Source: an uncultured virus (IMG/VR IMGVR_UViG_3300034082_002096) (lineage: Duplodnaviria > Heunggongvirae > Uroviricota > Caudoviricetes). Taken from it: a stretch of DNA of 64,000 nucleotides. The stretch lies in IMG/VR virus record IMGVR_UViG_3300034082_002096; one strand, 5' to 3'. This document shows positions 1-9,278 of this stretch, piece after piece (within the stretch, counting starts at the first letter, position 1; the number at the start of each line of letters is the position of its first letter). The notes under the pieces were generated by a model. The model did not search any database and was not told the origin of the DNA. It saw only the letters and a list, made by a program, of their open reading frames with translations. The translations under genes were made by a program, and so were the position numbers.

Positions 1-430
1 TTTCCATTATACATAGCGAAAGAAAATGTTTTGCCATACTTTCATGTAGTGGAAATGCAAATTGTTCAGTATCGCCAGCATAAGATGATAATGCAAAAGC
101 AGATACTTCTGAATTGATAACCAGTTTAAGAAAGTCGTCTTTGTTGAATTCACGAGTTATACAAAAAATTAAAACTTGATTATTTGGAGTAATTAAACTT
201 TTCCATAATTGAAGTTCACTTTCGCTAATAAGCAGTCCAGTTTCTTCTTGCAATTCTCTACGAGCAGCAATTTCAATGCTTTCGCCTTCATCAACAAATC
301 CACCGGGAAGGGCAAACATTCCTTTTTTTGGTTCAATATTACGTTTTACTAACAATAGTCGAGTTCCAAGTTCATCAACAAATGGAACTAATAGCACTGC
401 TACTGGTGTGGGATTTTTATATTCAGTCAT
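1..430 (-). CDS. Nudix hydrolase (partial; runs off the left edge)
   Basis: Manual translation from ATG at 430: MTEYKNPTPVAV...LPGGFVDEGESIEIAARRELQEETG, which contains a Nudix box. No stop before position 1. Confidence 0.9.
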   Translation of the reverse strand, partial: MTEYKNPTPVAVLLVPFVDELGTRLLLVKRNIEPKKGMFALPGGFVDEGESIEIAARRELQEETGLLISESELQLWKSLITPNNQVLIFCITREFNKDDFLKLVINSEVSAFALSSYAGDTEQFAFPLHESMAKHFLSLCIME

Positions 431-441
431 TTTATATCCAA

Positions 442-1128
442 TTATTTTAATAAATTATTTACAAATTCTGGAACAATGACTGTTGCTAGACCTTCAATTT
501 GTTCATCAAAATTCTTAGTATCATTTGTTGCATATAAATTTAGTTCCACTGTTTTTGCCTTTGCCATCTTTGCAGCACGTGCAAAACCAGCAGCGGGATA
601 TACATTTCCAGATGTACCAATAGCAATGAATAAATCTGCGACTTCTATCTTGCTTTCGATATAATCCATCGAATATGGAATCTCACCAAACCATACAATG
701 TCTGGTCTTACTTTTGCTGTATCACATTCAAGACATTTATCGTCAAGCCTCATGATTTCGTTTGCTGGATAAAATGCACCACAATTCGCACACAATGCAT
801 TTGCCAAGCTGCCATGCATATGTATTACTTTTGGTGATCCGCCACGTTCATGCAAATCATCAACATTTTGCGTAATTAGTGTAACATCATGCCGCCCAGA
901 ATTTTGCAATCTTGCAATAGCTTCATGTGCTGCATTTGGCATTGCATTTTTAACATCACTACGACGATTGTTATAAAAATCTAATACAAGTTGTGGATTT
1001 CGCTTATATCCAGCAGGAGTAGCAACATCTTCAACATTGAAGCCGCTCCATAGACCATCATCTGCACGAAATGTTGGAATACCACTTTCAGCAGAAATTC
1101 CTGCACCTGTTAAAATTACAATACGCAT
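442..1128 (-). CDS. cobB: Sir2/CobB-family NAD-dependent deacylase
   Basis: GAGISAESGIPTFR, TQNVDDLHERGG, HMHG, CxxC...CxxC, RPDIVWFGE and IGTSG motifs. Confidence 0.95.
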   Translation of the reverse strand: MRIVILTGAGISAESGIPTFRADDGLWSGFNVEDVATPAGYKRNPQLVLDFYNNRRSDVKNAMPNAAHEAIARLQNSGRHDVTLITQNVDDLHERGGSPKVIHMHGSLANALCANCGAFYPANEIMRLDDKCLECDTAKVRPDIVWFGEIPYSMDYIESKIEVADLFIAIGTSGNVYPAAGFARAAKMAKAKTVELNLYATNDTKNFDEQIEGLATVIVPEFVNNLLK

Positions 1129-1149
1129 TTTATCTTTACCTCTTTATTT

Positions 1150-1225
1150 TGGTTGTCCCAACAAGACTCGAACTTGTATCTGACGATTATCAGTCGCCTG
1201 CACTAACCATTTGTGCTATAGGACA
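1150..1225 (-). tRNA. tRNA-Ile(GAT)
   Basis: Cloverleaf; anticodon arm GGCGA-CT GAT AA-TCGTC; encoded CCA. Confidence 0.9.
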
Positions 1226-1237
1226 ATGATAGCATAA

Positions 1238-1444
1238 CTAAGTTCCACAGTCAATACGCCACGGACACTTACTTAGAAATTCTGTTGAGCAATCATCGTC
1301 GCCCCAACATGGCATTGGTGTATTGCCACGCAATTCTTTAATTTTATTATGAATGTGCGTAACATCTACTACTGTGTTAGTATAATATGCTTCATTTTGA
1401 AGTCTGGCAGATTCATCAAGTAATTTCTGAATTTCCATCATCAT
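1238..1444 (-). CDS. hypothetical protein
   Basis: ORF on the coding strand, tightly packed with neighbours. Confidence 0.5.
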   Translation of the reverse strand: MMMEIQKLLDESARLQNEAYYTNTVVDVTHIHNKIKELRGNTPMPCWGDDDCSTEFLSKCPWRIDCGT

Positions 1445-1640
1445 TTTCTTCCATATTTAAAAAATGTGCCATACCACAAGTGCAATCTTCACAATTATCT
1501 TTTGCATCAAAATCACAGTCACACATATCAATAATAAAATTACCTTTATCCAGAAGATATTTTAGAATTTCAATTGCAGAAGTTTGCTCACCATCTTCTA
1601 ATTCAGATAGTGCAATTTCTATTTCAGCTTTACTAATCAT
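1416..1640 (-). CDS. hypothetical Cys-rich acidic protein
   Basis: ORF preceded by an AGGA-type RBS. Confidence 0.55.
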   Translation of the reverse strand: MISKAEIEIALSELEDGEQTSAIEILKYLLDKGNFIIDMCDCDFDAKDNCEDCTCGMAHFLNMEENDDGNSEIT

Positions 1641-1678
1641 ATTATATTTTTCCTATTAATAATATATTTGTAGGTTTA

Positions 1679-1754
1679 TGGCCCCCAAGGACGGAATCGA
1701 ACCGCCGACACCATGCTCTTCAGGCATGTGCTCTACCAACTGAGCTACTTGGGG
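1679..1754 (-). tRNA. tRNA-Phe(GAA)
   Basis: Anticodon arm CATGC-CT GAA GA-GCATG; GTTCGATT T-loop; CCA. Confidence 0.92.
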
Positions 1755-1758
1755 ATAT

Positions 1759-2106
1759 TTAATGATCGTAATATGAGCAACTATCCGTATCTTCGCATTT
1801 CTGCCAAGGTTTCATCCATTGATTGCAAATGCCACATTTTACATATGAAGTTTTATTCGCATCCATTGTATTGGTGTGGTTTGTGTGATGAGTTATATAA
1901 GATTCAAAATCTTTTGCAGTTTGTTCAGCTTCAAAATAAAATGTATGCTCGTATATGTCTGTATATTGTGAAAAACTCCATCTGTGTCGATCAACATTTT
2001 TACGACACCAAGTTTTACCATCAACGTCCAAATCTTCGTTGACTTGCACAATATGGGCATTTTTTAACCAAGTTGTCTTGTAATCATCTATTTCAATTGG
2101 AGTCAT
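1759..2106 (-). CDS. hypothetical protein (paralog of 13083..13313)
   Basis: MTPIEIDDYK...WCRKNV...W.F..YT..YEHT..FE shared with the paralog. Confidence 0.75.
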   Translation of the reverse strand: MTPIEIDDYKTTWLKNAHIVQVNEDLDVDGKTWCRKNVDRHRWSFSQYTDIYEHTFYFEAEQTAKDFESYITHHTNHTNTMDANKTSYVKCGICNQWMKPWQKCEDTDSCSYYDH

Positions 2107-2125
2107 TGTTTAATTACTTCCATAA

Positions 2126-2335
2126 CTATTCTTTCTTTATCATCTTGTATTGCCACCGTTTACTACCATCACTTCGTGTATCACGATCTTCGTGAATTTT
2201 TAATGCTTTAATTGCATCTTCTTCGGTTTTATATGATTTAACTAATACCCATCTACTACCGTCATATTGTTCGCCACGGATAGCATTTTCTCGGTAAAAC
2301 CTACCTTTACGTTTGTAAATCTGATATTTTGTCAT
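2126..2335 (-). CDS. hypothetical protein
   Basis: ORF between tRNA genes on the coding strand. Confidence 0.55.
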   Translation of the reverse strand: MTKYQIYKRKGRFYRENAIRGEQYDGSRWVLVKSYKTEEDAIKALKIHEDRDTRSDGSKRWQYKMIKKE

Positions 2336-2349
2336 GATAAACCTTAAAA

Positions 2350-2460
2350 TGGTGGAAAAGATTGGATTCGAACCAATGACTTATCGTTGCTCCCGATTAC
2401 TCTGCCTGATTGTCTGCCGTTCAATTAGAACTCAACAACAACTCTCTGAGTTACTTCCCC
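2350..2460 (-). ncRNA. tRNA-like RNA with expanded anticodon arm and no canonical anticodon loop
   Basis: Acceptor GGGGAAG/CTTTTCC-A-CCA; T-arm ATTGG-TTCGAAT-CCAAT; tiny D-arm ACTC-AGA-GAGT; stem TGTTG/CAACG enclosing ~46 nt. Confidence 0.75.
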
Positions 2461-2467
2461 GTAATTT

Positions 2468-2544
2468 TGGTCCCCCGTATCGGTTTCGAACCGATTTCTC
2501 CGCAGTGAAAGTGCAGCGACCATCGCCAAGTAGTCCTACGGGAG
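2468..2544 (-). tRNA. tRNA-Glu(TTC)
   Basis: Anticodon arm CTGCA-CT TTC AC-TGCGG; CCA. Confidence 0.85.
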
Positions 2545-2638
2545 TAATTACATTACTTGGAAGATACATCACGTTCGTCGCCTACTGTTTCACCTTTCGG
2601 TCTACTCCCTCAGCGTTGTAGATGTACCATCAAAATAA

Positions 2639-2715
2639 TGGTGAATCGGATGGGACTCGAACCCATGTTGACGCGGATTAAAAGCCCGCCGCTAAACCAT
2701 CTCAGCTACCGATCC
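2639..2715 (-). tRNA. tRNA-Lys(TTT)
   Basis: Anticodon arm GCGGG-CT TTT AA-TCCGC; CCA. Confidence 0.9.
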
Positions 2716-2725
2716 ATAAGACGAC

Positions 2726-2911
2726 TTAGAGAAAGTTAACTACTTTGTCAAAATCGTCTTGATTTTTATTTTCTTTACGCAATGCTGCTTTATCATCACG
2801 GCGTTGTGCTTTTTTGCTTTTGCCGTGAATGCCGCTGCCGCTTTTGCTAATCAAATGCTGAACAAAAGGGTTACGTTTTATTGGTAGTTTTGCTTTCATA
2901 TTTCGTTTCAT
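2726..2911 (-). CDS. small basic hypothetical protein
   Basis: RNPFVQHL...GSGIHGKSKKAQRR; sigma70-like promoter at 2945-2973. Confidence 0.65.
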   Translation of the reverse strand: MKRNMKAKLPIKRNPFVQHLISKSGSGIHGKSKKAQRRDDKAALRKENKNQDDFDKVVNFL

Positions 2912-2995
2912 TTTAAATATCCTTGTTATCTTTGTATGACATGGATACTAGATCATTCTAATGCCCATGTCAACTATTTTTGTTAAAGCCATATA

Positions 2996-3187
2996 TTATA
3001 GTTCTTCCCAACCTTCTGTATGCAGATCGTATACAATCTTACACAATACAAATGTCACAAATAATAAAACCAATCCTGAAAAAACAATTGTCAGTATTTT
3101 TAGAGAAGAAACAATAGAAAAAATAAAATTGCATAATTGAACTAAAAATATAATTAGCATAATAATAAAATACTTATTTTTCCACAT
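2996..3187 (-). CDS. small membrane protein
   Basis: Two hydrophobic segments. Confidence 0.55.
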   Translation of the reverse strand: MWKNKYFIIMLIIFLVQLCNFIFSIVSSLKILTIVFSGLVLLFVTFVLCKIVYDLHTEGWEEL

Positions 3188-3190
3188 AGT

Positions 3191-3661
3191 TTATTCCAAT
3201 ACATACACAACTGGTGTAAGATGAATTAGTCGATGTTCGATAATAGCGGAAATTACTTCCCACGAACCATTGCCTAGTCCAGCACCAATTTGTGGCATTG
3301 CAATCTGTGTAATTCCATATGTTTCAGTAAATCGGTTAATTCTAGTCATAGCATCATCAATAGCATCATAACTAACATACCTTACATCTTCACGACCAAA
3401 AAATTCTTGTGTGATTGCATTCACAATGATTTTATAATTGGCAAAATCCTTTACTCTATCACCACATGGAACTACAACTAACTTACCAAGTTTAAGCCCA
3501 TTCGTATTATGTTCATTAACATAACGCTCATATGCTTTTGGATATTTTTCACGAATGATCTTTGCAATTCCACTTCCCATTACACCTTGGGCATTGCATC
3601 CATGCACAATAGTTTGAATTTCTGTTTGAAACAGATCGCCTTTTCGATATTCAATTTTCAT
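3191..3661 (-). CDS. macro domain (ADP-ribose binding/hydrolase) protein
   Basis: GDLF...IVHGCNAQGVMGSGIA...AMPQIGAGLGNGSW. Confidence 0.92.
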   Translation of the reverse strand: MKIEYRKGDLFQTEIQTIVHGCNAQGVMGSGIAKIIREKYPKAYERYVNEHNTNGLKLGKLVVVPCGDRVKDFANYKIIVNAITQEFFGREDVRYVSYDAIDDAMTRINRFTETYGITQIAMPQIGAGLGNGSWEVISAIIEHRLIHLTPVVYVLE

Positions 3662-3670
3662 TTTTTTACC

Positions 3671-3862
3671 TCACCAGAGTCCTAAGTTGTGTCCGTTATT
3701 TGCAATAATAAAAAAGCAAGTTACAATGTGAGTAACCCACCAAAATGTTCTGATAAGTGCAACTATATCTGCTTGATTGTCAGTTTCTCCAACTTTTTCA
3801 CCAAGAGATTTACACCAAATTCGCCATATTTTTTTAATCATTTTTATCCCAATTATTAGCAC
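3671..3862 (-). CDS. small membrane protein
   Basis: WRIWCKSLGEK...ADIVALIRT...CFFIIAN. Confidence 0.6.
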   Translation of the reverse strand: MLIIGIKMIKKIWRIWCKSLGEKVGETDNQADIVALIRTFWWVTHIVTCFFIIANNGHNLGLW

Positions 3863-4000
3863 ATTGTGATATGTCTACTTTTTTCCAGAAGTTGATGTAA
3901 CGATATCCAATCATAATGAATAAACCACCTTCTCCGTAGTCTTTTTCATTTAACCATCCAATTCCTATTTGAAAAGTATCACTACTGGCAATATGTATAT

Positions 4001-4237
4001 TCATTTTACATTTCCATCAACGCACAAACGAATTGGTGTTCCTGCTTCATAAGTTTTACACCACAATGCCCAATACAACCGTCCATCTTCGCCATACCAT
4101 CTGTCAAACTTCCCATCTGGATGCTTGTTTATCAGGCATTCAAATGTAGTTCCTTCAACGGTATAATTAGAGTAGCCTTCATCTTTAAATCTTGCAAATC
4201 TACAACTTTCACATTTTTTATTCATAAGTTGCTCCAT
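4001..4237 (-). CDS. hypothetical Cys-containing protein
   Basis: Start moved to MEQLMNKKC because the longer ORF overlaps tRNA-Tyr. Confidence 0.6.
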   Translation of the reverse strand: MEQLMNKKCESCRFARFKDEGYSNYTVEGTTFECLINKHPDGKFDRWYGEDGRLYWALWCKTYEAGTPIRLCVDGNVK

Positions 4238-4249
4238 AGTATATTTTAT

Positions 4250-4335
4250 TGGTGGGTCGATCAAGAATCGAACTTGACGTGAGGTTTCCCTCGGAGGATT
4301 TACAATCCCCTGCCACACCTTGTAGCATCCGACCC
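4250..4335 (-). tRNA. tRNA-Tyr(GTA)
   Basis: Anticodon arm GGGGA-TT GTA AA-TCCTC; long variable arm; CCA. Confidence 0.88.
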
Positions 4336-4418
4336 ATAAGAAACATTAGCACGTTTCGTGTGCTAGTGTCAATATCATTTTGTAGATCATCGGATTTTTT
4401 CCTACTACACATTCCTAA

Positions 4419-4431
4419 TTTTCAAAGAGCA
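4419..4431 (-). promoter_or_regulatory. boxA-like antitermination site
   Basis: TGCTCTTTGAAAA; one of four copies, all in the tRNA region. Confidence 0.65.
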
Positions 4432-4466
4432 TGGGAGATTGATGTTATCGCTTCGTCCCTAATTTT

Positions 4467-4541
4467 TGGTGGCGTGAGTAGGATTCGAACCTACGACCGA
4501 GTGAATATGAGTCACTTGCTCTACCACTGAGCTATCACGCC
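4467..4541 (-). tRNA. tRNA-Met/Ile2(CAT)
   Basis: Anticodon arm AGTGA-CT CAT AT-TCACT; CCA. Confidence 0.88.
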
Positions 4542-4755
4542 GATTTTAAAAAGCAAAACCCCCGAAGATTTCTCTTTGGGGGTTAATTCCGTTTATCATA
4601 TTTGCATACGACTAGAGAACATCACCCCTGATGTTTTTATAAAACTCTTCCATTTTGGAAATATAATTTGTCATAATATAATTCTCGTTTTCTCTTATTC
4701 TATTTAGGTAATATAGCAGATTTTTTTCTGCTTGTCAACACTTATTTATACTTTT

Positions 4756-5130
4756 TTATTCTTTTTGTAGAATTAATGCTTTCATTATTTCATAATCTTT
4801 CATTATTTCTGCAAGTTCTGGATATTTTTTTTGTAATTCTTTTTCTCTTGATTCTGCACGGATAACATCTTTATATTGTTCATATAATATATTAAATGAA
4901 GGACCATTTTTTATATCATTACGAATACTTGCTTCCAGTAATGAATCAATAAATTCTTTTTCTACTGTTATACGATATGAACTATGTATTGTCGCATATT
5001 TTTTATGTGAAGCAAGAGACGAAAATGTATCATCTACAAAGTTATAATCATATGTTTGCGGTTTACGTATTTCTTCTATATCATAGATACCAAATGTTCT
5101 AGATAATTTATCTAAATCGCTGCCATTCAT
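4756..5130 (-). CDS. hypothetical protein
   Basis: 124-aa ORF whose start overlaps the upstream stop. Confidence 0.65.
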   Translation of the reverse strand: MNGSDLDKLSRTFGIYDIEEIRKPQTYDYNFVDDTFSSLASHKKYATIHSSYRITVEKEFIDSLLEASIRNDIKNGPSFNILYEQYKDVIRAESREKELQKKYPELAEIMKDYEIMKALILQKE

Positions 5131-5717
5131 GTGTTATTATATCCTATACGAGAAAACCCAGTCATTTTTTTAATTTCAGTATGCCAATCTTTATCTTTGG
5201 TACTTATTCCATTTCCATAAATGTCAAAATACTTGACATGGGCAAACCCTTCTTCCACCGAAGGCACGACAAAGCTTTCCAGCATATTGTTAATAACATA
5301 TGCTGGAATGGTTTTCCCTTCACGATGTGCCAAACGATACTGCAATTCTTCTTCTTCTTTTTTGTTTTGTGGAGGAAGAACACAAACACAAGTAAGAAGA
5401 TGAGTTTTTTCCAATTTGTGGATAATTTTTTTACGCTTCTTATCACTCATATTGGTCTGATCCCAAATAATATTAACATTATTTGCAATTGCTTCTTTTA
5501 GTTTTTCATCCATGAACTGGGTTGCATACTTAATTTCTGCATCAAAGGTGGCATTATAAGTGCTGTTATTTTCTTTTGCAACAGTTTCAATATAAGAATC
5601 TGTGGAATAGATGAATGGATCAGACAACATCTTAGACAGCAATGAAATCATCGTGCTTTTACCACTAGCTGGCAAACCAACGAACACAATAGCAATAGGA
5701 GCAGGAGGTTTGGTCAT
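5127..5717 (-). CDS. P-loop kinase, polynucleotide-kinase-like (AAA_33)
   Basis: GLPASGKST Walker A, STD, IIWDQTN, and C-terminal PSVEEGF. Confidence 0.85.
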   Translation of the reverse strand: MTKPPAPIAIVFVGLPASGKSTMISLLSKMLSDPFIYSTDSYIETVAKENNSTYNATFDAEIKYATQFMDEKLKEAIANNVNIIWDQTNMSDKKRKKIIHKLEKTHLLTCVCVLPPQNKKEEEELQYRLAHREGKTIPAYVINNMLESFVVPSVEEGFAHVKYFDIYGNGISTKDKDWHTEIKKMTGFSRIGYNNT

Positions 5718-5914
5718 TATGTATTCCTTTATATGTGAATCACACACTATCATCAACGGTAACTGGAGTCAACTGCATAATAAACTATTGTTAGATCATT
5801 GTTTTATCAATTGTCATAATATGAATACTCCGATATTTACAGACGATCTTAAGTGGGTATTTCGAGGTTTCTGACTTTATCGGCTACTACAAACCTTTTT
5901 TCGATAGTATTCAT

Positions 5915-5942
5915 AATAAAGGGGCATTTCTGCCCCTTTATT
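5915..5942. terminator. intrinsic terminator
   Basis: AATAAAGGGGCA-TTTC-TGCCCCTTTATT hairpin. Confidence 0.8.
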
Positions 5943-5948
5943 TTTTAA

Positions 5949-6569
5949 TTAAAATGCAAATCCTAGTTCTAGTTTTGCTTGTGCGTTGTCTGTACCAGTA
6001 TCTAGAGTATGAATAACACTTGGTTGAATATATACAGTATCAGTTACCATATAGCTTGCACCAATTTCTGCATATCCGCCATTTGCGTTCCAGTCATTGG
6101 TTACTTCCCAATCATATCCTGCTTCAACAAACATTGACAATTTTGGGTTCAGATCATGTGCTAGACCAGCATATGGTGCAAAAATCAATGATCCGTCTGT
6201 ATTTACGTCATTGGCGGACATTATATATTCTACACCCACTGCACCATATGCACGAGTATATGGTGTAAGCGATGCTTTCATTTGATAGTCAACATCAACA
6301 TCAAGTGATTCATCCAAACGGGCATATCCAAGTTCAACATACATATTTGTATCTACATACATATTTGTGTCTACGTTGCCCATAGTGGATGGGAATGCAT
6401 AAAAACCAACAGAAAGTCCAGTTAGTTCGTTTGTGGAATCAGCATGAATTTTATAATCCAGTGTATATGAACTTGCAACAATAGTAAATGAAGTATTGTC
6501 AAAGTCGCTAGCAAAAGCTGCGGCAGATAGTCCAAGGAATGCAACAGTTGCAAGTAATAGTTTTTTCAT
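5949..6569 (-). CDS. outer-membrane beta-barrel protein
   Basis: Signal peptide MKKLLLATVAFLGLSAAAFA; alternating beta-strand pattern; C-terminal Phe (LELGFAF). Confidence 0.8.
   Translation of the reverse strand: MKKLLLATVAFLGLSAAAFASDFDNTSFTIVASSYTLDYKIHADSTNELTGLSVGFYAFPSTMGNVDTNMYVDTNMYVELGYARLDESLDVDVDYQMKASLTPYTRAYGAVGVEYIMSANDVNTDGSLIFAPYAGLAHDLNPKLSMFVEAGYDWEVTNDWNANGGYAEIGASYMVTDTVYIQPSVIHTLDTGTDNAQAKLELGFAF
6337..6374. repeat. 18-bp tandem duplication within the OMP gene
   Basis: ACATACATATTTGT(A/G)TCT x2, encoding VDTNMY-VDTNMY. Confidence 0.9.
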
Positions 6570-6600
6570 TTTTAAATCTCCATGATTTGTTTAGAACTCA

Positions 6601-6629
6601 ATACTACCCGATTCTAGTGATATTGTCAA
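6601..6629 (-). promoter_or_regulatory. sigma70-type promoter with GANTC in the spacer
   Basis: TTGACA-ATATCACT-AGAATC-GGG-TAGTAT (17-bp spacer). Confidence 0.7.
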
Positions 6630-6673
6630 TGCATTTCTATCACTTGGTAAAAAGTGTTGCTTTTACGCAACAC

Positions 6674-6946
6674 TTAAATTTCGTGTATTTCTATTATTAA
6701 ATTATCATTTCCTTGAATTACACGATGATAATCATTTTTTGGAATAAAATAACTATGTCCTTGTTCTAATAGCATTGGCAACGAATCATCATATTGTATT
6801 TTCCAATTATTTCCTTCGATAATTTTTATAATTCTGTCATTGCTATCTCTATGCCATACAAGATTATGTTCATCGACATTTTCTTTAAAAATTCTTACAA
6901 ATTTTTCCAGAGTTATATTATTATCTTGGTATGGAATTACCACCAT
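6674..6946 (-). CDS. cupin-like small protein
   Basis: LVWHRD...W..Q.D...P...FIPK..YHRVI.G. Confidence 0.7.
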   Translation of the reverse strand: MVVIPYQDNNITLEKFVRIFKENVDEHNLVWHRDSNDRIIKIIEGNNWKIQYDDSLPMLLEQGHSYFIPKNDYHRVIQGNDNLIIEIHEI

Positions 6947-8133
6947 TGACCGCCTTTTATGCCCAATGATTTATATCTTGGCACACGACAAGACCAATAT
7001 CCTGCTTTTGTTTTATCATTCTTATTTTTACAATCATGCCTAGCAACAAAAGATTTTACTCGTGCTGGATCGTTTGATTTTACACTAAGTCCAGTATCTC
7101 CAAATGATACTTTTTTAATATTTTTAGTTTTTGGGTCACGAACATACACATAGAACTTTTTTGATCCACCACGTTTAGGCTGATTTAGGGTAACTTGTTT
7201 ACCTTTATGTTCAGCTTCGGTAAGATCATCTTCGAAGATCGGCAAATCTAATGGAACCACTGTTCCATCTTTTAATTGTGCAATTTCACCAATATCAGTT
7301 TCTAATATTTCTCTATCAATTTCATCTAATTCAATTTTATGCAAATTTTCTTTTATGTATATAATCATTTCAAAAAAGCTTTTGCTACCTGCTCTTAATA
7401 TTGGTTTACGAAATGGTAGTTTTTCTGCTATATGATGGTCAATTGCTTCTGTAACTAAATTTTTATCTGATTGTAATATATTAAGTTTTTTACGCATCAA
7501 TTCATGAATATGTGGATCATATTCGCCATACAAATCTTTTACTATATAACGTTGTTCACTTGGATTTGCATTACGAAACATATCTCGTATTTCAGTAGCA
7601 CTACTTATTTTTTTATTTGCAACCGTAAATTCATAGACTGGAACGACATAGATATAGCCATGCTTATCCATAGTCTGCAAATTTTTTATATTTCCGTCGA
7701 ATTTCTGATAATAACTTGGAGTTCCATCTTTCTTGGCATCAAATGAGAATCTTGCATTTTTGCCATCCATATCTTTCTGACTAACTGCCATAATCAATTT
7801 AGTTAATGCTGGATCATAATTACTTAGTATTTCAATTGGTTGATATGGTATGTTAACTTGAATTATCTTATCACTTGGCACACCACTATGAGTTATCATT
7901 TCTCTACGTTCGTCAAATGAAAATGGGCTTTTTTCTACATCAGTTTTTCCACTAGTTGCTATATATACATTCGGAAATTTAGCAGCTAAATTATTATAAA
8001 CAGCAGCATGGCCTTTATGCCATGGCTGGAATCTACCAGCATAAATTACAACAATATTTGATTTTTCTTGGTCTAGATCATTCATCTTCATATTTTTATA
8101 CCTTTTGCTTTGCCATGAATTTATAACGGTCAA
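6937..8133 (-). CDS. HIGH-motif cytidylyltransferase-like protein fused to a basic C-terminal domain
   Basis: YAGRFQPWHKGH and ISSATEIR motifs; C-terminal KKFYVYV...KKVSFG...SFVARH.C...YWSC domain. Likely start at 8091 (MKMNDL). Confidence 0.8.
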   Translation of the reverse strand: MTVINSWQSKRYKNMKMNDLDQEKSNIVVIYAGRFQPWHKGHAAVYNNLAAKFPNVYIATSGKTDVEKSPFSFDERREMITHSGVPSDKIIQVNIPYQPIEILSNYDPALTKLIMAVSQKDMDGKNARFSFDAKKDGTPSYYQKFDGNIKNLQTMDKHGYIYVVPVYEFTVANKKISSATEIRDMFRNANPSEQRYIVKDLYGEYDPHIHELMRKKLNILQSDKNLVTEAIDHHIAEKLPFRKPILRAGSKSFFEMIIYIKENLHKIELDEIDREILETDIGEIAQLKDGTVVPLDLPIFEDDLTEAEHKGKQVTLNQPKRGGSKKFYVYVRDPKTKNIKKVSFGDTGLSVKSNDPARVKSFVARHDCKNKNDKTKAGYWSCRVPRYKSLGIKGGQWW

Positions 8134-9193
8134 CCATCTTTATTTTTCCGCTAGGTGTAGAAACAACATATCCTTCATGATTTGGTTCGTTATTAAGTGT
8201 TGCAATTATTTGTGTATTTTGTTGATTATCTAAATTAGTTTTAATCATATTCTTAAATTTAGTTACAACAAGTATTGCTTTCCATAATTCTATATACGAT
8301 TCCATATTATTTTTGATATATTCTTTAATTCTATCTTGCTTTTCAACCGTAGTCTTCGATAATGGTAGCCAACTTAAAAAGTCAGTTGCAGATTTATTAT
8401 TGATAGGATTTCCTTCAACTGCTTTGGTGTTTATATATTTTCCAATCAATAAAGGAAAATCTGATATTTTATATTGTTTTAGATATAATGGATTTAATAT
8501 TTCATCTATTTCAGAAAAGTCAAATTGAGGTTTTCCAACTGTTTCAATTGATATATTTCCCATAGTTGGCGATATTACTAACAAGTCAGAGGTTTTCTGC
8601 AATTCACTGACATCAGATACTGGATCAGGAACTTCTTGTGTCGAATTTTTAAAATAGCTATGAACTACTATTCCGGCTTTACTTTTTGAGACTTTTTGCC
8701 CCATTACTGAATTGGTAGGTATTCTATATTCGATTTTGTTTGGTTTAAATACAAAATAATTATCATTTACCGTTGGTGTTCCTACATATAACAAATCACC
8801 TTGATAAAATCCTCGGGTAGTTTTTGGAACGGCGTTATCTAACATAGGCCACAATGCTGCTATAGTAGCTGCATATTCATGTCTGCCTTCTTCTGTTGGT
8901 TTTCTGCTATAAAGCATTTGATATACTTCTTTTGCAGATTTTGCATGACCATTATATGTTTTTGCACCAAACCCAGATTTATCAGTTACTATAAGTGAGC
9001 CATTATCGTCTCTACCAAAGATTAATGCAGGAGTTCCGTCATACTTTATAGTGATTTGATTTATATTATTTTGAGAATAATCTAGTGCATTAATTGCTGC
9101 AATATAACCACTGGCTCCTTTTCTCCACACCCAGTCTTCGGGATGATCAATTCTAGAACGAACTGCCTCAATGATAATATCTTTTGTTTTCAC
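8096..9193 (-). CDS. nucleotidyltransferase/ligase-like protein (DUF6267-like)
   Basis: HPED, TIKYDG (KxDG), QGDLLY and HEGYV...K.VDR..F motifs. Confidence 0.7.
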   Translation of the reverse strand: MKTKDIIIEAVRSRIDHPEDWVWRKGASGYIAAINALDYSQNNINQITIKYDGTPALIFGRDDNGSLIVTDKSGFGAKTYNGHAKSAKEVYQMLYSRKPTEEGRHEYAATIAALWPMLDNAVPKTTRGFYQGDLLYVGTPTVNDNYFVFKPNKIEYRIPTNSVMGQKVSKSKAGIVVHSYFKNSTQEVPDPVSDVSELQKTSDLLVISPTMGNISIETVGKPQFDFSEIDEILNPLYLKQYKISDFPLLIGKYINTKAVEGNPINNKSATDFLSWLPLSKTTVEKQDRIKEYIKNNMESYIELWKAILVVTKFKNMIKTNLDNQQNTQIIATLNNEPNHEGYVVSTPSGKIKMVDRYKFMAKQKV

Positions 9194-9222
9194 AGCATTA
9201 ATCCTTTATTGAATATTTATAA

Positions 9223-9250
9223 AAAAAGACAGGTTTTATCCTGTCTTTTT
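9223..9250. terminator. intrinsic terminator
   Basis: AAAAAGACAGG-TTTTAT-CCTGTCTTTTT. Confidence 0.8.
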
Positions 9251-9278
9251 ACCACACATAGAGTTTAGTGTCAAGATG

